From Candidatus Methanomethylophilaceae archaeon (GTDB lineage: Archaea > Thermoplasmatota > Thermoplasmata > Methanomassiliicoccales > Methanomethylophilaceae): a stretch of 64,000 nt of DNA. The notes under the pieces were generated by a model. The model was not told the origin of the DNA. It saw only the letters and a list, made by a program, of their open reading frames with translations, and made no database searches. The position numbers and the translations under genes were made by a program. The DNA is taken from assembly GCA_944320495.1 (NCBI GenBank), contig CALUHR010000013.1, positions 32,001 through 96,000 on the forward strand, given 5' to 3'. This document shows, in pieces, positions 20,419 through 31,390 of the stretch (position 1 is its first letter; every line of letters begins with the position of its first letter).

Positions 20419-22637
20419 TGAGGACCCGCATATTCCGCGTGGGCGGCATGACATGCGCCGCCTGCGCCAACCGCATCAACACGGCAGTGGAGGCGCTCGA
20501 CGGCGTCCAATCGTGCAACGCCAACATAGGCAACAACACGGCCACCGTGGTATACGACGACTCCGCCATCACAGAGGATACGATTGCGCAGGCCATCATC
20601 GGGGCCGGGTACCAGGTCATCAGCGACGACCGTACCGAAGCCGACAAAGCCGAGCTCAGGGACCTGGCGGTCCGCAGGCGCGACCTGGTACTTGCGATAG
20701 CGTTCGCCGTCCCACTTAGCGTGGTGGCCATGGGCCACATGTTCGGCCTGGACATCGGATTGGAGCCCCTGGCCCTCTGCGCCCTGCAGATCATCCTTCT
20801 GATACCGATACTCTATGCCGGCAGGCGCTTCTTCAGGAAGGGCTACCCGGCGCTCCTCTCCAAGAGCCCCACGATGGACTCGCTCGTATCACTCGGATGC
20901 ACGGCGTCCGTGCTGATGGGGCTCTGGTCCACCTACGAGGTCTGGAACGGGGATGCGTCGGCGGTCCACTCGCTGAGCTTCGACTCTGCGGGCATGATTC
21001 TGGCGCTGGTCAGCATCGGGAAGTACCTGGAGGCGCGCTCCAAGTACAGGACCAACGACTCGCTGAGGAAGCTCCTGGAGATGGCCCCCGACGAGGCCAC
21101 CGTCATCCGCGACGGTACCGAGTCCAGGATACCGTCGTCCGAGCTCGCGATGGGCGACATCGTCCTTATAAGACCAGGCGAAAGGGTGCCGACCGACGCC
21201 ACCGTCATCGATGGGCAGTCGTCCGTCAACGAATCCATGCTCACGGGCGAGAGCATCCCCGTGACCAAGGGCCCCGGCGATATCGTCTACGGGGCGACCG
21301 TGAACGGATCCGGAAGCCTGAGGGCGAAGGTGGAGAGGATCGGCGAGGACACCGTCCTGTTCCAGATAGCCCGCATGATGGAGATGGCCCAGGGGACCAA
21401 GGCTCCCGTGGCCAACATAGCCGACCGCGTGGCCGCCGTGTTCGTGCCGGCGGTCATCGTCATAGCCGCCCTCGCCTGCATCGGTTGGCTGCTGGCCGGC
21501 AGGGGCCCGGAGTTCTCACTCACGATCGCCGTGTCCGTCCTCGTCATCTCGTGCCCGTGCGCCCTCGGCCTGGCCACACCGCTGGCGATAGTCGTCGGCA
21601 CGGGATTGGGGTCCAGGCATGGGATACTCTACAAGACTGCGGCCGCCCTGGAATCCGCCGCCAGGATCGACACCGTCATCCTGGACAAGACGGGTACATG
21701 CACCGTCGGCCGCCCGGAGGTCGTGGAGGTCAGCACATCCATGGACGCGGCGAGGTTCGTGTCCATCGTCGCAGCGGCTGAGACGGACTCGGAGCATCCG
21801 CTCGGAGAGGCCGTGGTGGCATATGCCGCATCAAAGGACATCGCGGTGCCGGAGCACGCCGGGTTCGAGAGCGTCACCGGAGGCGGGGTCAGATGCACCG
21901 TGGACGGGTCCAGGGTCCTCGTCGGGAGCGCGTCCTTCCTCTCGGAGGAGGGCGTGGACATCCCCGAAGGCGCTGACGCCGGAGCATCCGAGGGGCGCAC
22001 CTGCATCCTGGCGGCTATCGACGGCGAATATCGCGGGACCATCTCCATCATGGACCCGGCAAGGGAGGAGAGCCCCTCGGCCGTGGCGGCGCTCAAGGCC
22101 GACGGCATCCGCGTGATGATGGTCACCGGGGACCGCAGGAGCACAGCCGAGCACATCGCCGGCGAGCTAGGCATCGACGATGTCAGGGCGGAGACGAGGC
22201 CCGGCGACAAGCTGGAGATAGTCAAGGAGCTCCAGGTCGCCCAGCGCAGGGTCGCCATGACCGGAGACGGGATCAACGACGCGCCGGCGCTCACCCAGTC
22301 TGACCTGGGCATCGCCGTCGGTTCCGGGACGGACATAGCCATGGAGTCGGCGGACGTCATTCTGATGAACGACGACCTCCGCAGCGTCCCGGCCTCGCTG
22401 GAGATCGGCCGCGCCACTCTTCGCAACATCAAGCAGAACCTGTTCTTCGCATTCTGCTACAACGCGGTGTGCATCCCGATAGCCGCCGGCCTACCGGTCC
22501 TCCTAGGCTACGACGGACTCGTGGACCAGATGCCGATGATATCGGCGGCGGCCATGTCGCTGTCCTCGATATCCGTCGTCACGAACGCCATGAGGCTCAG
22601 GGGCTTCAGGCCCGCCGCCCTAGACGGGCGGAGGTGA
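20418..22637 (+). CDS. copA: Cu(I)-translocating P1B-type ATPase
   Basis: [54 protein letters not shown]. Confidence 0.96.
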   Translation: MRTRIFRVGGMTCAACANRINTAVEALDGVQSCNANIGNNTATVVYDDSAITEDTIAQAIIGAGYQVISDDRTEADKAELRDLAVRRRDLVLAIAFAVPLSVVAMGHMFGLDIGLEPLALCALQIILLIPILYAGRRFFRKGYPALLSKSPTMDSLVSLGCTASVLMGLWSTYEVWNGDASAVHSLSFDSAGMILALVSIGKYLEARSKYRTNDSLRKLLEMAPDEATVIRDGTESRIPSSELAMGDIVLIRPGERVPTDATVIDGQSSVNESMLTGESIPVTKGPGDIVYGATVNGSGSLRAKVERIGEDTVLFQIARMMEMAQGTKAPVANIADRVAAVFVPAVIVIAALACIGWLLAGRGPEFSLTIAVSVLVISCPCALGLATPLAIVVGTGLGSRHGILYKTAAALESAARIDTVILDKTGTCTVGRPEVVEVSTSMDAARFVSIVAAAETDSEHPLGEAVVAYAASKDIAVPEHAGFESVTGGGVRCTVDGSRVLVGSASFLSEEGVDIPEGADAGASEGRTCILAAIDGEYRGTISIMDPAREESPSAVAALKADGIRVMMVTGDRRSTAEHIAGELGIDDVRAETRPGDKLEIVKELQVAQRRVAMTGDGINDAPALTQSDLGIAVGSGTDIAMESADVILMNDDLRSVPASLEIGRATLRNIKQNLFFAFCYNAVCIPIAAGLPVLLGYDGLVDQMPMISAAAMSLSSISVVTNAMRLRGFRPAALDGRR

Positions 22638-23280
22638 CCCTGAGCGTCCCCCCGGAGCGGGACCATTCCCGCTCGGTCGAAACGATTTCCACCGGAGACC
22701 TGTGGAGCGGCGAGTCCAGCGTCATGGACTCGTACTCCCCTCCCTCCCCGACGATGCTTATGCCCGTCCTGGCGCGGATGGCCTTCAGCTCCTCCACGGC
22801 CTCGCGGTCCAGCTCCCTGCCCAGCCACTCCGGGCCGAGCCCCTCCGCGTAGCATCCGACGATGACCGCACGTATGCCCGAGTCGAGGAACCTCTCCATC
22901 ACGAGGTCTTGGTCCTTGCGCCACAGGGGCGTGACCAGCCTGAGGCCCAGGTCCCCGCAGACCATCCCCATACGGTCCCACTGGTAGTCGGACCAGATGG
23001 CCCCGGAGACCACGCCGTCGACGTCCAGACCCTCCAGCGCGCAGCGCAGGCCCTCCATGTCGCCCTCCTCGGTGCCCGAACTGGTGGATGTGACCAGCTC
23101 CTTGCCCATGGCCTCCGCCATGAGCGGGACGACGGACAGGTTCGGCGTGTGGAAGATCCACGAGTCGCTCGCCTCCGGCACCACGTTGACCAGGTACGGG
23201 ACCTCGTGCCCCATCTGCTCGGCCAGATACAGGGAGAATGTGGAATCCTTGCCACCGGAGTACAGAGAAGCCAGCCTCAT
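22606..23280 (-). CDS. Diphthine--ammonia ligase (Dph6)/ATP-binding PP-loop protein
   Basis: [31 protein letters not shown]. Confidence 0.88.
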   Translation of the reverse strand: MRLASLYSGGKDSTFSLYLAEQMGHEVPYLVNVVPEASDSWIFHTPNLSVVPLMAEAMGKELVTSTSSGTEEGDMEGLRCALEGLDVDGVVSGAIWSDYQWDRMGMVCGDLGLRLVTPLWRKDQDLVMERFLDSGIRAVIVGCYAEGLGPEWLGRELDREAVEELKAIRARTGISIVGEGGEYESMTLDSPLHRSPVEIVSTEREWSRSGGTLRVTSARLGRRA

Positions 23281-23364
23281 GACAGCAGGAATGGGCACCT
23301 GGGATTTAACAGAACCCAAAGGCTAAAAGCACCGGACCCATCGGAGGTCCAGGTTGTGACAGCC

Positions 23365-24069
23365 ATGCCTCTCGAAGCAGCGGAGATGAAGAGGATCGCG
23401 GCCGAGGCCGCGGTCGATGCGTACGTCAAGGACGGAATGAACGTCGGTCTCGGGACCGGCTCCACCGCGTACTACGCCATCCGCAGGATTGGACAGCTCG
23501 TCACGGAGAACGGATACAGGCTCACCTGCGCCGCCACATCTATTCAGAGCGAGGAGATCGCGAAGGGGTTCGGCATCGAGGTCGTGGACATCGACTCCGT
23601 GGGAAAGCTCGACGTCACCATCGACGGCGCCGACGAGATTGACCCCAAGCTCAACCTCATCAAGGGCCTCGGGGGCGCCCTCCTCAGGGAGAAGATCGTC
23701 GCCGCTGCCACCGTCAGGGAGATAATCGTGGCCGACGACTCCAAGCTCGTCGAGAAGCTGGGGACCAAGGCCCCGCTCCCGGTGGAGGTCCTGAAGTTCG
23801 GGCACGAGCACACCAGCTTCGCCCTCAAGAGGCAGGGCTGCGAGCCCGTACTCCGCATGAGGGACGGCGAGCCCTTCGTGACCGACGGGGGGAACTACAT
23901 CTACGACTGCAGGTTCCCCAACGGCATAGACAACCCGTACTTCATCGAGTCCAGGATCGACGTCATCCCCGGCGTCGTCGAGAACGGCCTGTTCCTCAAC
24001 ACCGCATTCGACACCGTCGTCTGCGACCCCGAGGGCAACGTCTCCAAGGCGTCCGAGAGGGAAGCCTGA
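23365..24069 (+). CDS. rpiA: Ribose-5-phosphate isomerase A
   Basis: GLGTGST, DGADE, IKGLGGALLREK, TDGGNYIYD, GVVENGLF. Confidence 0.97.
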   Translation: MPLEAAEMKRIAAEAAVDAYVKDGMNVGLGTGSTAYYAIRRIGQLVTENGYRLTCAATSIQSEEIAKGFGIEVVDIDSVGKLDVTIDGADEIDPKLNLIKGLGGALLREKIVAAATVREIIVADDSKLVEKLGTKAPLPVEVLKFGHEHTSFALKRQGCEPVLRMRDGEPFVTDGGNYIYDCRFPNGIDNPYFIESRIDVIPGVVENGLFLNTAFDTVVCDPEGNVSKASEREA

Positions 24070-24179
24070 TTCCTGTCACTACTATACGCGCGTATAGGAG
24101 GGGTCCCCCGGCCAGATAATTAGCCTTATATAGGACCCCCCTATTAGCACCTCCCCGTTCACATTCTAGGTGATTCACA

Positions 24180-24458
24180 ATGAAGATGCCCAGGACTGTC
24201 AAGAGATACTGTCCCTACTGCCAGGCCCACACCGAGCAGGAAGTGGAGAGGGTCAAGAAGAAGAAAGCCAGCGAGCTCAAGTGGGGTCAGAGGAGATTCA
24301 GAAAGGTCACCGCCGGATACGGTGGTTTCCCCAGGCCCAAGCCCGAGGGAAGGGAGAAGCCGACCAAGAGGATCAACCTCAGGTACAGGTGCACCCAGTG
24401 CAAGAAGGCCAACATCTCCCCCTGCATCCGCGCGAAGAAGTTCGAGCTCACGGAGTGA
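24180..24458 (+). CDS. rpl44e: 50S ribosomal protein L44e
   Basis: [15 protein letters not shown]...GYGG..RP...KPTK. Confidence 0.97.
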   Translation: MKMPRTVKRYCPYCQAHTEQEVERVKKKKASELKWGQRRFRKVTAGYGGFPRPKPEGREKPTKRINLRYRCTQCKKANISPCIRAKKFELTE

Positions 24459-24463
24459 TCCAG

Positions 24464-24631
24464 ATGACTGGAGATTTCATCAAGGTCAAGTGCCCCGACT
24501 GCGAGGCTGAGCAGATCGTTTTCAGAAAGGCCGCCACCAAGGTGACCTGCCACGTCTGCGGTTCCACGCTCGTCGTCCCCAAGGGCGGCGTCGGCGACAT
24601 CAAGGGCGAGATCCTCGAGGTAGTCGGCTGA
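24464..24631 (+). CDS. rps27e: 30S ribosomal protein S27e
   Basis: FIKVKCPDC...IVF...VTC.VCG..L..P.GG. Confidence 0.96.
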   Translation: MTGDFIKVKCPDCEAEQIVFRKAATKVTCHVCGSTLVVPKGGVGDIKGEILEVVG

Positions 24632-25413
24632 TGGCAAGGGTCAGAGGCTTCCCGGAGAACGGCGAGCTCGTCGTGTGCACCGTCAAGAGCGTCAAGAATT
24701 TCGGCGCTTTCGTCTCACTCGACGAGTACGACGACAAGGAGGGATTCGTCCACGTCCGGGACGTCGCCACTGGCTGGGTAAAGTACATCAGGGACTACGT
24801 AAGGGAAGGTCAGAAGGTCGTCTGCAAGGTCCTGGGCGTGGATTCCTCGAAGGGCCACATCGACCTTTCCCTGAAAGCGGTCAACGACCATCAGAAGAGA
24901 GAGAAGATCCAGCAGTGGAAGAACGAGAAGAAGGCCGAGAAGCTGGTGGAGATCGTCGCCGAGAGGATGAAGATCTCCATCGACAAGGCCTACGACCTGT
25001 TCGGGAACGAGCTGCTGGAGGACTACGAGTCCCTCTATGATGCCTTCGAGTCCGCCGTCGCGGACACCGAGGCCTTCCTGGAGGACTACGAGGGCGCGTG
25101 GATCGACACATTCCTGGAGGTTGCCAGGGAGAACGTCGCCCCTCCGTCCGTCCAGATCGACGGCATCCTCGAGATGACCTCCTACGCCCCCAACGGCATG
25201 GAGCTCGTCCGCGACGCCCTGCTCAAGGGCATCGAGGCCGCCGACGGAGCCGACGTGGAGATCACCTGCGTCGGATGCCCCAGATACAGGGTCCTGGTCA
25301 GGGCCCCCGAGTACAAGGAGGCCGAGGAGGTCCTCAGGGACGTCTCCAACGCCGCCATCGGCGACCTGACCTCCAAAGGCGGCACCGCCGCCCTTAAGCG
25401 CGAGAGCAAATGA
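24631..25413 (+). CDS. eif2a: Translation initiation factor 2 alpha subunit
   Basis: FPENGELVV...S1 domain...GHIDLSLK; TGATG overlap with rps27e. Confidence 0.97.
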   Translation: MARVRGFPENGELVVCTVKSVKNFGAFVSLDEYDDKEGFVHVRDVATGWVKYIRDYVREGQKVVCKVLGVDSSKGHIDLSLKAVNDHQKREKIQQWKNEKKAEKLVEIVAERMKISIDKAYDLFGNELLEDYESLYDAFESAVADTEAFLEDYEGAWIDTFLEVARENVAPPSVQIDGILEMTSYAPNGMELVRDALLKGIEAADGADVEITCVGCPRYRVLVRAPEYKEAEEVLRDVSNAAIGDLTSKGGTAALKRESK

Positions 25414-25580
25414 GCTCACGCATGAGGCGCTGCGCATCATGCGGGCGCTATTCTCTTGAGGCGGTCTGCCCCGCATGCGGGGCGGCCACCTCCTGTCCGA
25501 TCCCACCTAAGTATTCTCCAGACGACCGTCTCGGCAAGTACCGCCGCCAGCAGGTCATCGAGTCATGGAAGAGGGAGCGA
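25410..25580 (+). CDS. nop10: H/ACA RNP protein Nop10 (ends at CGA)
   Basis: C..CG.YSL...CP.CG....P.PPKYSPDD..GKYRR following eif2a; CGA at 25578-25580 gives 56 aa versus 333 aa in the standard-code ORF. Confidence 0.92.
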
Positions 25581-26141
25581 TCGCTCCCTGTCGTCGTACA
25601 TCACCCTGTACTCCGAAGAGGTGTACAGCGGCGAGAACCAGGCGTACTTGAACCAGCTCCACAGGGACAGCTCGTCCTCCATCATGGGCATGTAGTACCT
25701 GCGTATGGGCGCCCAGAACATCACGGCGATCACGGCGAGAGCGAAGGGCGTCACCAGAAACGGGTTCATGACCACCAGCGACGAGGCCGAGAGCGGATCG
25801 TTCCCGTACCAGGCGATCAGATTGAAGATCACCAGGAGCATCGCGGCGCGTACCGCCTTCTTCCACGCCTTCGGCCTGCGGGACGACACGACGAGCAGGG
25901 AATCCATCGTCACGAGCATCATCGCCATGTCCACCAGGAAGGTGGCGATCGACACGAACTGGTTTCCATAGCCCTCGTTCATGCCCATCGCAAGGACGGC
26001 CAGCTTGGTCAGGTAGATGGCGACGATGATGACAAGGAAAGACTGCGCCACCTTGAGGACGAACGGACGCGCTCCCCTGTGGAAGAGCCCCTCCGCCGTC
26101 TCGGACGGCGACCAGCTCGAATCCTCCCGGAATCTGGGCAT
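25581..26141 (-). CDS. Hypothetical membrane protein (ends at CGA)
   Basis: About four hydrophobic segments; in-frame CGA at 25583-25581, back-to-back with the nop10 CGA. Confidence 0.65.
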
Positions 26142-26185
26142 GTCCGAGGGTATCGGTTTTCTATGGTTAATCGTTTCCAGGACCC

Positions 26186-27085
26186 ATGGAGAGGAACCAA
26201 TGGGCCGACAGGTTCACCGACAACGTGGTCAGACGCACCGAACGCGACAGCGGCACGAGCGTCTACGTCGTGTTCCTCCTCCTGTGCATCCCGATGTTCC
26301 TGGCCATCGTCTTCAGCGTCTTCGTGGTGGAGACCAACCAGGACATATTCGATTCGACGGGCATCATCGAGATCGCGTTCTCGACCATCTTCATCGGCGA
26401 ATGCTGCATAGCCGGGTTCCTGCTCTATTCGTACACCCGCACGGACCACGGCCATCAGGCCAGGGACGTGGAGTGGATGGACGCCCTCATCGGATATGTC
26501 GGATCCAAAGGAGGGGACACCTCGGACATGGAGAGAATCAGGAAGAGCGTCCGCACCTCCGGGTGGAGCGCGAAGAAGACGTTCTCCGGCGCAATGCTCC
26601 TGGTGGACCTGGTCATCCTGGCGGCCATCGGCATAGCCACGTTCCTGGACATCGGCATGCTCTCGGACAGGTCGTTCCAGATGCTGCTGGTCTGCTACGC
26701 CGTGCTGCTCATCCAGTTCGTGTTCACCGTTAGCACCACGGTCAGGTTCCCCTTCAGGCATGACAGGATCCAGTGCGAATTCACGGAGGCCCTCTCCGTA
26801 CAGCTGAGGGGAATCGGAATCCCGATGGAACCGATGCACCGCAGCGTCAGAAGGTCGTACCTGTTGATCCATATCCTGCTGTTCATCGTGACCCTCGGAC
26901 TCTACTCCTGCGTCCTGCTCCTGCTGACCTCGTACCTGACCAGCAGGCATATCAAGACCCAGTGGAAGTACGAACAGAGACTGGTGATGGAGATCATAAG
27001 CTTCGAGGGCGGCGTAGGCATCGAAGGGACCGGAAGCAACCAGCCGAAGAGCGCCGTTGCCAGGTTCCTCAAGAACCTCGTGTGA
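26186..27085 (+). CDS. Hypothetical membrane protein
   Basis: 299-aa ORF with several TM segments and host-like codon use. Confidence 0.7.
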   Translation: MERNQWADRFTDNVVRRTERDSGTSVYVVFLLLCIPMFLAIVFSVFVVETNQDIFDSTGIIEIAFSTIFIGECCIAGFLLYSYTRTDHGHQARDVEWMDALIGYVGSKGGDTSDMERIRKSVRTSGWSAKKTFSGAMLLVDLVILAAIGIATFLDIGMLSDRSFQMLLVCYAVLLIQFVFTVSTTVRFPFRHDRIQCEFTEALSVQLRGIGIPMEPMHRSVRRSYLLIHILLFIVTLGLYSCVLLLLTSYLTSRHIKTQWKYEQRLVMEIISFEGGVGIEGTGSNQPKSAVARFLKNLV

Positions 27086-27180
27086 CGGTCACCGAAATCG
27101 GTTCTACGGTTTCGACGGTTTCCTCGAATGAAGATGAGGACAGATTAACTTTAAATAAGAGGGCGGTATCCCAAAATCGT

Positions 27181-27292
27181 CCCCACCTAGCTCAGACTGG
27201 CTAGAGCGGCTGACTGTAGAGTGTCTTCGGAAGAAACCGATACAGCCGCTGAAATCAGCAGGTCCCCTGTTCAAATCAGGGGGTGGGGACCA
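27181..27292 (+). tRNA. tRNA-Tyr(GUA) with canonical 37/38 intron (about 27220-27253) and encoded CCA
   Basis: CCCCACC/GGTGGGG acceptor stem, C1:G72, A73, GCTGA/TCAGC anticodon stem, anticodon GTA 27216-27218, TTCAAAT T-loop. Confidence 0.95.
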
Positions 27293-27534
27293 TTTCTCAT
27301 CATCCCATCTTATGGCGATGGCCATCGTGTCATTCTACGATTGCCGTTTCGTCTCCGTCCCCGTTCTATTTAAAGATGCGTCCACCTCCGAATTCGGACA
27401 ACCCCTTCGAACCCTGGAAAACAAGATGTGATCGCGATTCCGCGATGAACTGACTGCCGATTCGCGCCTTTATTGATCGTATTTAAACAGTATTTAAACG
27501 CCCATCGGACGATTCCTCATCCAAGGTGATTGGA

Positions 27535-27912
27535 ATGGGAAAGTTCGGCATCAAGCCCACCGCTGACGGCGGATACATGTTCAATCTGATAGCGAACAAC
27601 GGTCAGGTCATCTGCACCTCGCAGGTCTACAAGTCCTTGGCGACGTGCAAGGCAGGTGCCGAGAGCGTCCGCACCAACTGCGCCGTGGACGTCGAGGACC
27701 AGACCGTCGAGGGATACGAGCAGGTGAAGTGCCCCAAGTACGAGATGTACACCGACGTGGCCGGCAAGATCAGATTCAGGCTGAGGGCGAGCAACGGCGA
27801 GATCATAGCGGCATCCCAGGCGTACGCCGACAAGGCGTCCTGTCTGAAGGGCATAAGGAGCATCGGGGCACACGCACCGGATGCGGAGATCGTTGTGCAG
27901 GAGCTGGAGTGA
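27535..27912 (+). CDS. YegP/DUF1508 tandem-domain protein
   Basis: Two repeats: F.L.A.NGQVI.TSQ.Y and FRL.A.NGEIIA.SQAY. Confidence 0.88.
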   Translation: MGKFGIKPTADGGYMFNLIANNGQVICTSQVYKSLATCKAGAESVRTNCAVDVEDQTVEGYEQVKCPKYEMYTDVAGKIRFRLRASNGEIIAASQAYADKASCLKGIRSIGAHAPDAEIVVQELE

Positions 27913-28006
27913 ACATCGCGCCCGCCTGCGGGCGGGCGGAAAACCATCCGATACGGCAGGAGGTCCATCTAATCGTTCTAAGCCCGCGTCCTGATTCCAT
28001 CCTCCG

Positions 28007-28250
28007 ATGGAGACCAGGAACCTCGTGACCATTGCATTGGTCGCCATCGTCGTGATCGCCGCACTGGCGGCAACGCACTTCCTCTCGGATGACAGAGGGA
28101 AGGGTGGACGCCGACGTGGACTGTGCCGTGTGGGAGGAGGCCCTCGAGGACGACCCAGACACCGGATACATCCTCTACGAGGGACTGGGGCCCCCGTTCA
28201 TCAACACCTCCAATCTTCTGCACGATTCCTGCATTTCCGTGTTGATGTGA
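28007..28250 (+). pseudogene. Probable frameshifted remnant of a secreted or membrane-anchored protein gene
   Basis: Signal-anchor-like start METRNLVTIALVAIVVIAALAA; coding-like sequence (VDADVDCAVWEEALEDDPDTGYILYEG) continues in the +1 frame after about 28104. Confidence 0.4.
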
Positions 28251-28431
28251 CTCCGACTCTGTTGTACGTATAGTGAAGGCAGGAATCGAAGCGGGGAACA
28301 TCGACCAGACTCGATGAGGGACCACCGGATCAGGGTCTGACCGTCCGATGCCATGGTGCCAGACCCTCCGTAAACTACGAAGGGTTCCATAGGCACTTAT
28401 ATGGATAAAGTGTCCTCGTGTTAGTGGTTAT

Positions 28432-29847
28432 TTGGATCTTATCGGAATTCTCGACTTCGTCGACGAGTACATCTGGTACATCGCGTTCGTCCTGATCATC
28501 TGCGTCGGGCTGTTCGCGACTGTCGCCCTCAGGGGCCTCCAGGTCACGTCGCTCGGCGAGATGGCACGCAACACGTTCAAACGTGACAAGGCGAGCAGCG
28601 AGAACAAGCTCTCGTCCTTCCAGGTATTCTGCATGAGCATGGGCTCGCGCATCGGCGTGGGCAACATCACCGGACCGATCATGGCCCTCCTCGTCGGAGG
28701 CCCCGGAGCCATCCTCTGGATGTGGGTCTTCGCCGGGATCGGCATGGCCACCAGCTTCCTGGAGACCATCATCGGTCAGATCTACAAGGTCCCCAAGGAG
28801 AACGGCGGATTCCGCGGAGGTCCCGCGTATACCCTGTTCCACGGGCTGGGAATGAAGAAGCTCGGTATGGTCGCCGCCTTCGTCATGATCATGATGTACC
28901 TCCTCGGATTCGTGTCCGGCGAGGTCATCAGCATGTCCGAGGCCGTCCAGGGCGCCTTCGACTACGAGTGGACCCACCTCGTGTTCGCCATAGTCCTCAC
29001 CCTCGTCACAGGCCTCATCCTGATCGGCGGCGTCTACAGAGTCGCCGACCTCTCCGTGAAGATCGTCCCCGCGATGGCGATCTGCTGGTTCATCATCTGC
29101 ATCGCATCCATGGTCCTGGCCCCCGCAGGGGTCATCCACGCCTTCGGCACCATCTTCGAGTACGCCCTCAACGCCCCCGCCCTCGTCGGAGGAGGCATCG
29201 GAGTCGCCCTGATGAACGGAATGAGGAGGGGAGTCTGGTCCAACGAGTCCGGTATCGGTACCATCACCAACCTGTCCGCCATGGCCGACGTGAAGCACCC
29301 CGTCGCCCAGGCCTACACCCAGTCATTCGGCGTCCTCATCGACACCCTTGTGAGCACCATGACCGCCCTGGTCGTCCTTTCCTACGCCGACTTCGACGTC
29401 CTCCACGGCATGTACGTCGGCGCCGGCGAGGACTCGATCCCCGTCCTCCAGGCCATATTCTCCGACACCATCGGATCGATCGCGCCCTACGTGGTGGCGG
29501 TGTTCATGTTCATATTCGCGTTCACCTGCCTGATATCCGATGTCGTCATCGGAGAGGGGAACCTGATGCTGATCAAGGACAGCAAGGCAGCGTCCATCGC
29601 GATGAAGCTGTTCCTCCTGGCCGTCGTCTTCCTGTCCTGCTTCTTCGCATCCGATGAGATGACGATCTTCATGGACATCCTGCTGGCAGTGTGCGCGCTG
29701 TTCAACACATACATCATGGTGCGCCTGGCTAAGCGCGGGTTGGAGGCGTACAGGGACTACCGCGCCCAGAAGAAGGCCGGGATCGAGGAGCCCGTGTTCC
29801 ACAAGGACTGTCTGTCCGACGACTCGGGAATCTCGTCTTGGGACTGA
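28432..29847 (+). CDS. Alanine/glycine:cation symporter (AGCS family)
   Basis: RIGVGNITG, GGPGAILWMW, RGGPAY, RGVWSNESGIG. Confidence 0.93.
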   Translation: MDLIGILDFVDEYIWYIAFVLIICVGLFATVALRGLQVTSLGEMARNTFKRDKASSENKLSSFQVFCMSMGSRIGVGNITGPIMALLVGGPGAILWMWVFAGIGMATSFLETIIGQIYKVPKENGGFRGGPAYTLFHGLGMKKLGMVAAFVMIMMYLLGFVSGEVISMSEAVQGAFDYEWTHLVFAIVLTLVTGLILIGGVYRVADLSVKIVPAMAICWFIICIASMVLAPAGVIHAFGTIFEYALNAPALVGGGIGVALMNGMRRGVWSNESGIGTITNLSAMADVKHPVAQAYTQSFGVLIDTLVSTMTALVVLSYADFDVLHGMYVGAGEDSIPVLQAIFSDTIGSIAPYVVAVFMFIFAFTCLISDVVIGEGNLMLIKDSKAASIAMKLFLLAVVFLSCFFASDEMTIFMDILLAVCALFNTYIMVRLAKRGLEAYRDYRAQKKAGIEEPVFHKDCLSDDSGISSWD

Positions 29848-29858
29848 CGATGACAACA

Positions 29859-29878
29859 GCCGGGGCACTTGCCCCGGC
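29859..29878. terminator. Stem-loop between convergent symporter and MFS genes
   Basis: GCCGGGGC-ACTT-GCCCCGGC. Confidence 0.55.
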
Positions 29879-29907
29879 ACTAAACCGCTTCCACGATTTC
29901 TGGCACA

Positions 29908-31305
29908 TCAACCCTTGGGGTCGCGGACCCGCATCGAAACGATCAGACATGCCACCGTCATGACCGTTCCGACCAGACAGGCGAAGTGCGTCCCCTCCAG
30001 GATTGCTGACCCATCCATCACGTCGACGCTCGACGCCATCCCTCCCGGGGACGCCGCCTTGAAGAGCAGCGCGAAGACCGCCACGCCCAGGGCGGTGGCT
30101 ATGTAGTTCGTGAAGAGCACCACGGCGGCCGAGGACGGTCTCAGATCCTCCTCGACGTGTATCTGCATCCTTGTCGGCAGCGCGGTGCCGGCGATGCCGA
30201 AGGACGCGCCCATCAGGACCAGCTGCATCAGCAGGAACGCCAGCCCCATTGACGGCTCTATGACCACGAGCATCGCGCAGAAGGCCACCCTCATCACGAG
30301 CGAGACGTTCGACGGAAGGACGCACCCGTACCTGCGGCACCAGCTCCCGGCAGGTATGGAGAACACCGCTGATACCGTCGTGGCGACCGACAGGAGCAGG
30401 CCTGCGGCTAGCGTGTCGTAACCGGCCGATCCCGTGAGATAGTACGGCAGCAGATACATCACCCCGCATCCGATGATGCTGTTGACCAGGAACAGGGAGG
30501 TGATCGCGTAGTACCTCCCGTTCCCGCGGAGCGGGATGTCCATCAGCCTCTCGCCCTCCGTCCCCCTGCGGCCGAGCGCCAGGAAGACGGCCATCGACAG
30601 GATGCAGATCACGGCCAGCACGGCGGTGTACCATACGAACAGCCCGCCGGTCCACAGCTCCAGGACGACCATGCCGGTCGCCACTGCGACGAACATCGCG
30701 GCCGCCCGCATCGGCTCCGGCATCCGGGACATGCTGCTTGGGGATACCTCCCGCATCCGCAGTGCCAGCGCCACTACGATGACCCCGACCGGGACGTTGA
30801 TGAGAAAGATCCAGTGCCACTCCGACAGGCCGGTGATCAGCCCGCCGAGCGCGGGACCGAGGATGATCGCCACGCAGCAGGCCGCGTTCATGTAGGCCAT
30901 GCCCATGTGGCGCCGCTCCGACGGCAGCATCGAGGTACACATCGCGGGCGTGGCTGACACCATCATCGCCGCACCCAGGCCCTGCACGAACCTGAACGCT
31001 ATCAGTACGCCCCTGTCGCCCGACATGGCGCAGCCCACGGACGCAGCCGTGAACACGACCGTGCCGAGGACGAGCATCGCACGGACCCTCCCGTCGGACG
31101 CCAGCCTGGAGAGCGGGATGCACAGGCCAGCCAAGGGGAAGAGATACGCGACGACGACGAACGCCCCGTCCGTCACGCTCATCCCCAGATCCACGGACAT
31201 CTCGGGCAGCGCTACCTGGACGATGGACGCGTCCAGACTGTCGATCAGGAGCACCAACGTCATCGTCGCGATGACCAGACCCGTGCCTCCGCGCCCCCCT
31301 CCCAT
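29908..31305 (-). CDS. MFS transporter, DHA2/EmrB-like
   Basis: LDASIVQVALP, FRFVQGLGAA, GPALGGLI...WHWIFLINVPVG. Confidence 0.92.
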   Translation of the reverse strand: MGGGRGGTGLVIATMTLVLLIDSLDASIVQVALPEMSVDLGMSVTDGAFVVVAYLFPLAGLCIPLSRLASDGRVRAMLVLGTVVFTAASVGCAMSGDRGVLIAFRFVQGLGAAMMVSATPAMCTSMLPSERRHMGMAYMNAACCVAIILGPALGGLITGLSEWHWIFLINVPVGVIVVALALRMREVSPSSMSRMPEPMRAAAMFVAVATGMVVLELWTGGLFVWYTAVLAVICILSMAVFLALGRRGTEGERLMDIPLRGNGRYYAITSLFLVNSIIGCGVMYLLPYYLTGSAGYDTLAAGLLLSVATTVSAVFSIPAGSWCRRYGCVLPSNVSLVMRVAFCAMLVVIEPSMGLAFLLMQLVLMGASFGIAGTALPTRMQIHVEEDLRPSSAAVVLFTNYIATALGVAVFALLFKAASPGGMASSVDVMDGSAILEGTHFACLVGTVMTVACLIVSMRVRDPKG

Positions 31306-31390
31306 GACATCCGGATGGCATTCGCATAGGAATAGGATTCCGATTGACCATTCGCAGACTATTTATCCGAAGCCGTCCAGAGGATGACCC

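Noticed and set aside
28007-28114. 35-aa ORF ending at an in-frame CGA (28112-28114)
   Set aside because: Left out of the CGA count. Coding-like sequence continues in the +1 frame, so a frameshifted pseudogene explains it equally well.
28300-28400. Glycine riboswitch upstream of the AGCS symporter
   Set aside because: A GGGTCTG/CAGACCC stem exists, but the conserved glycine-aptamer motifs are not recognisable.
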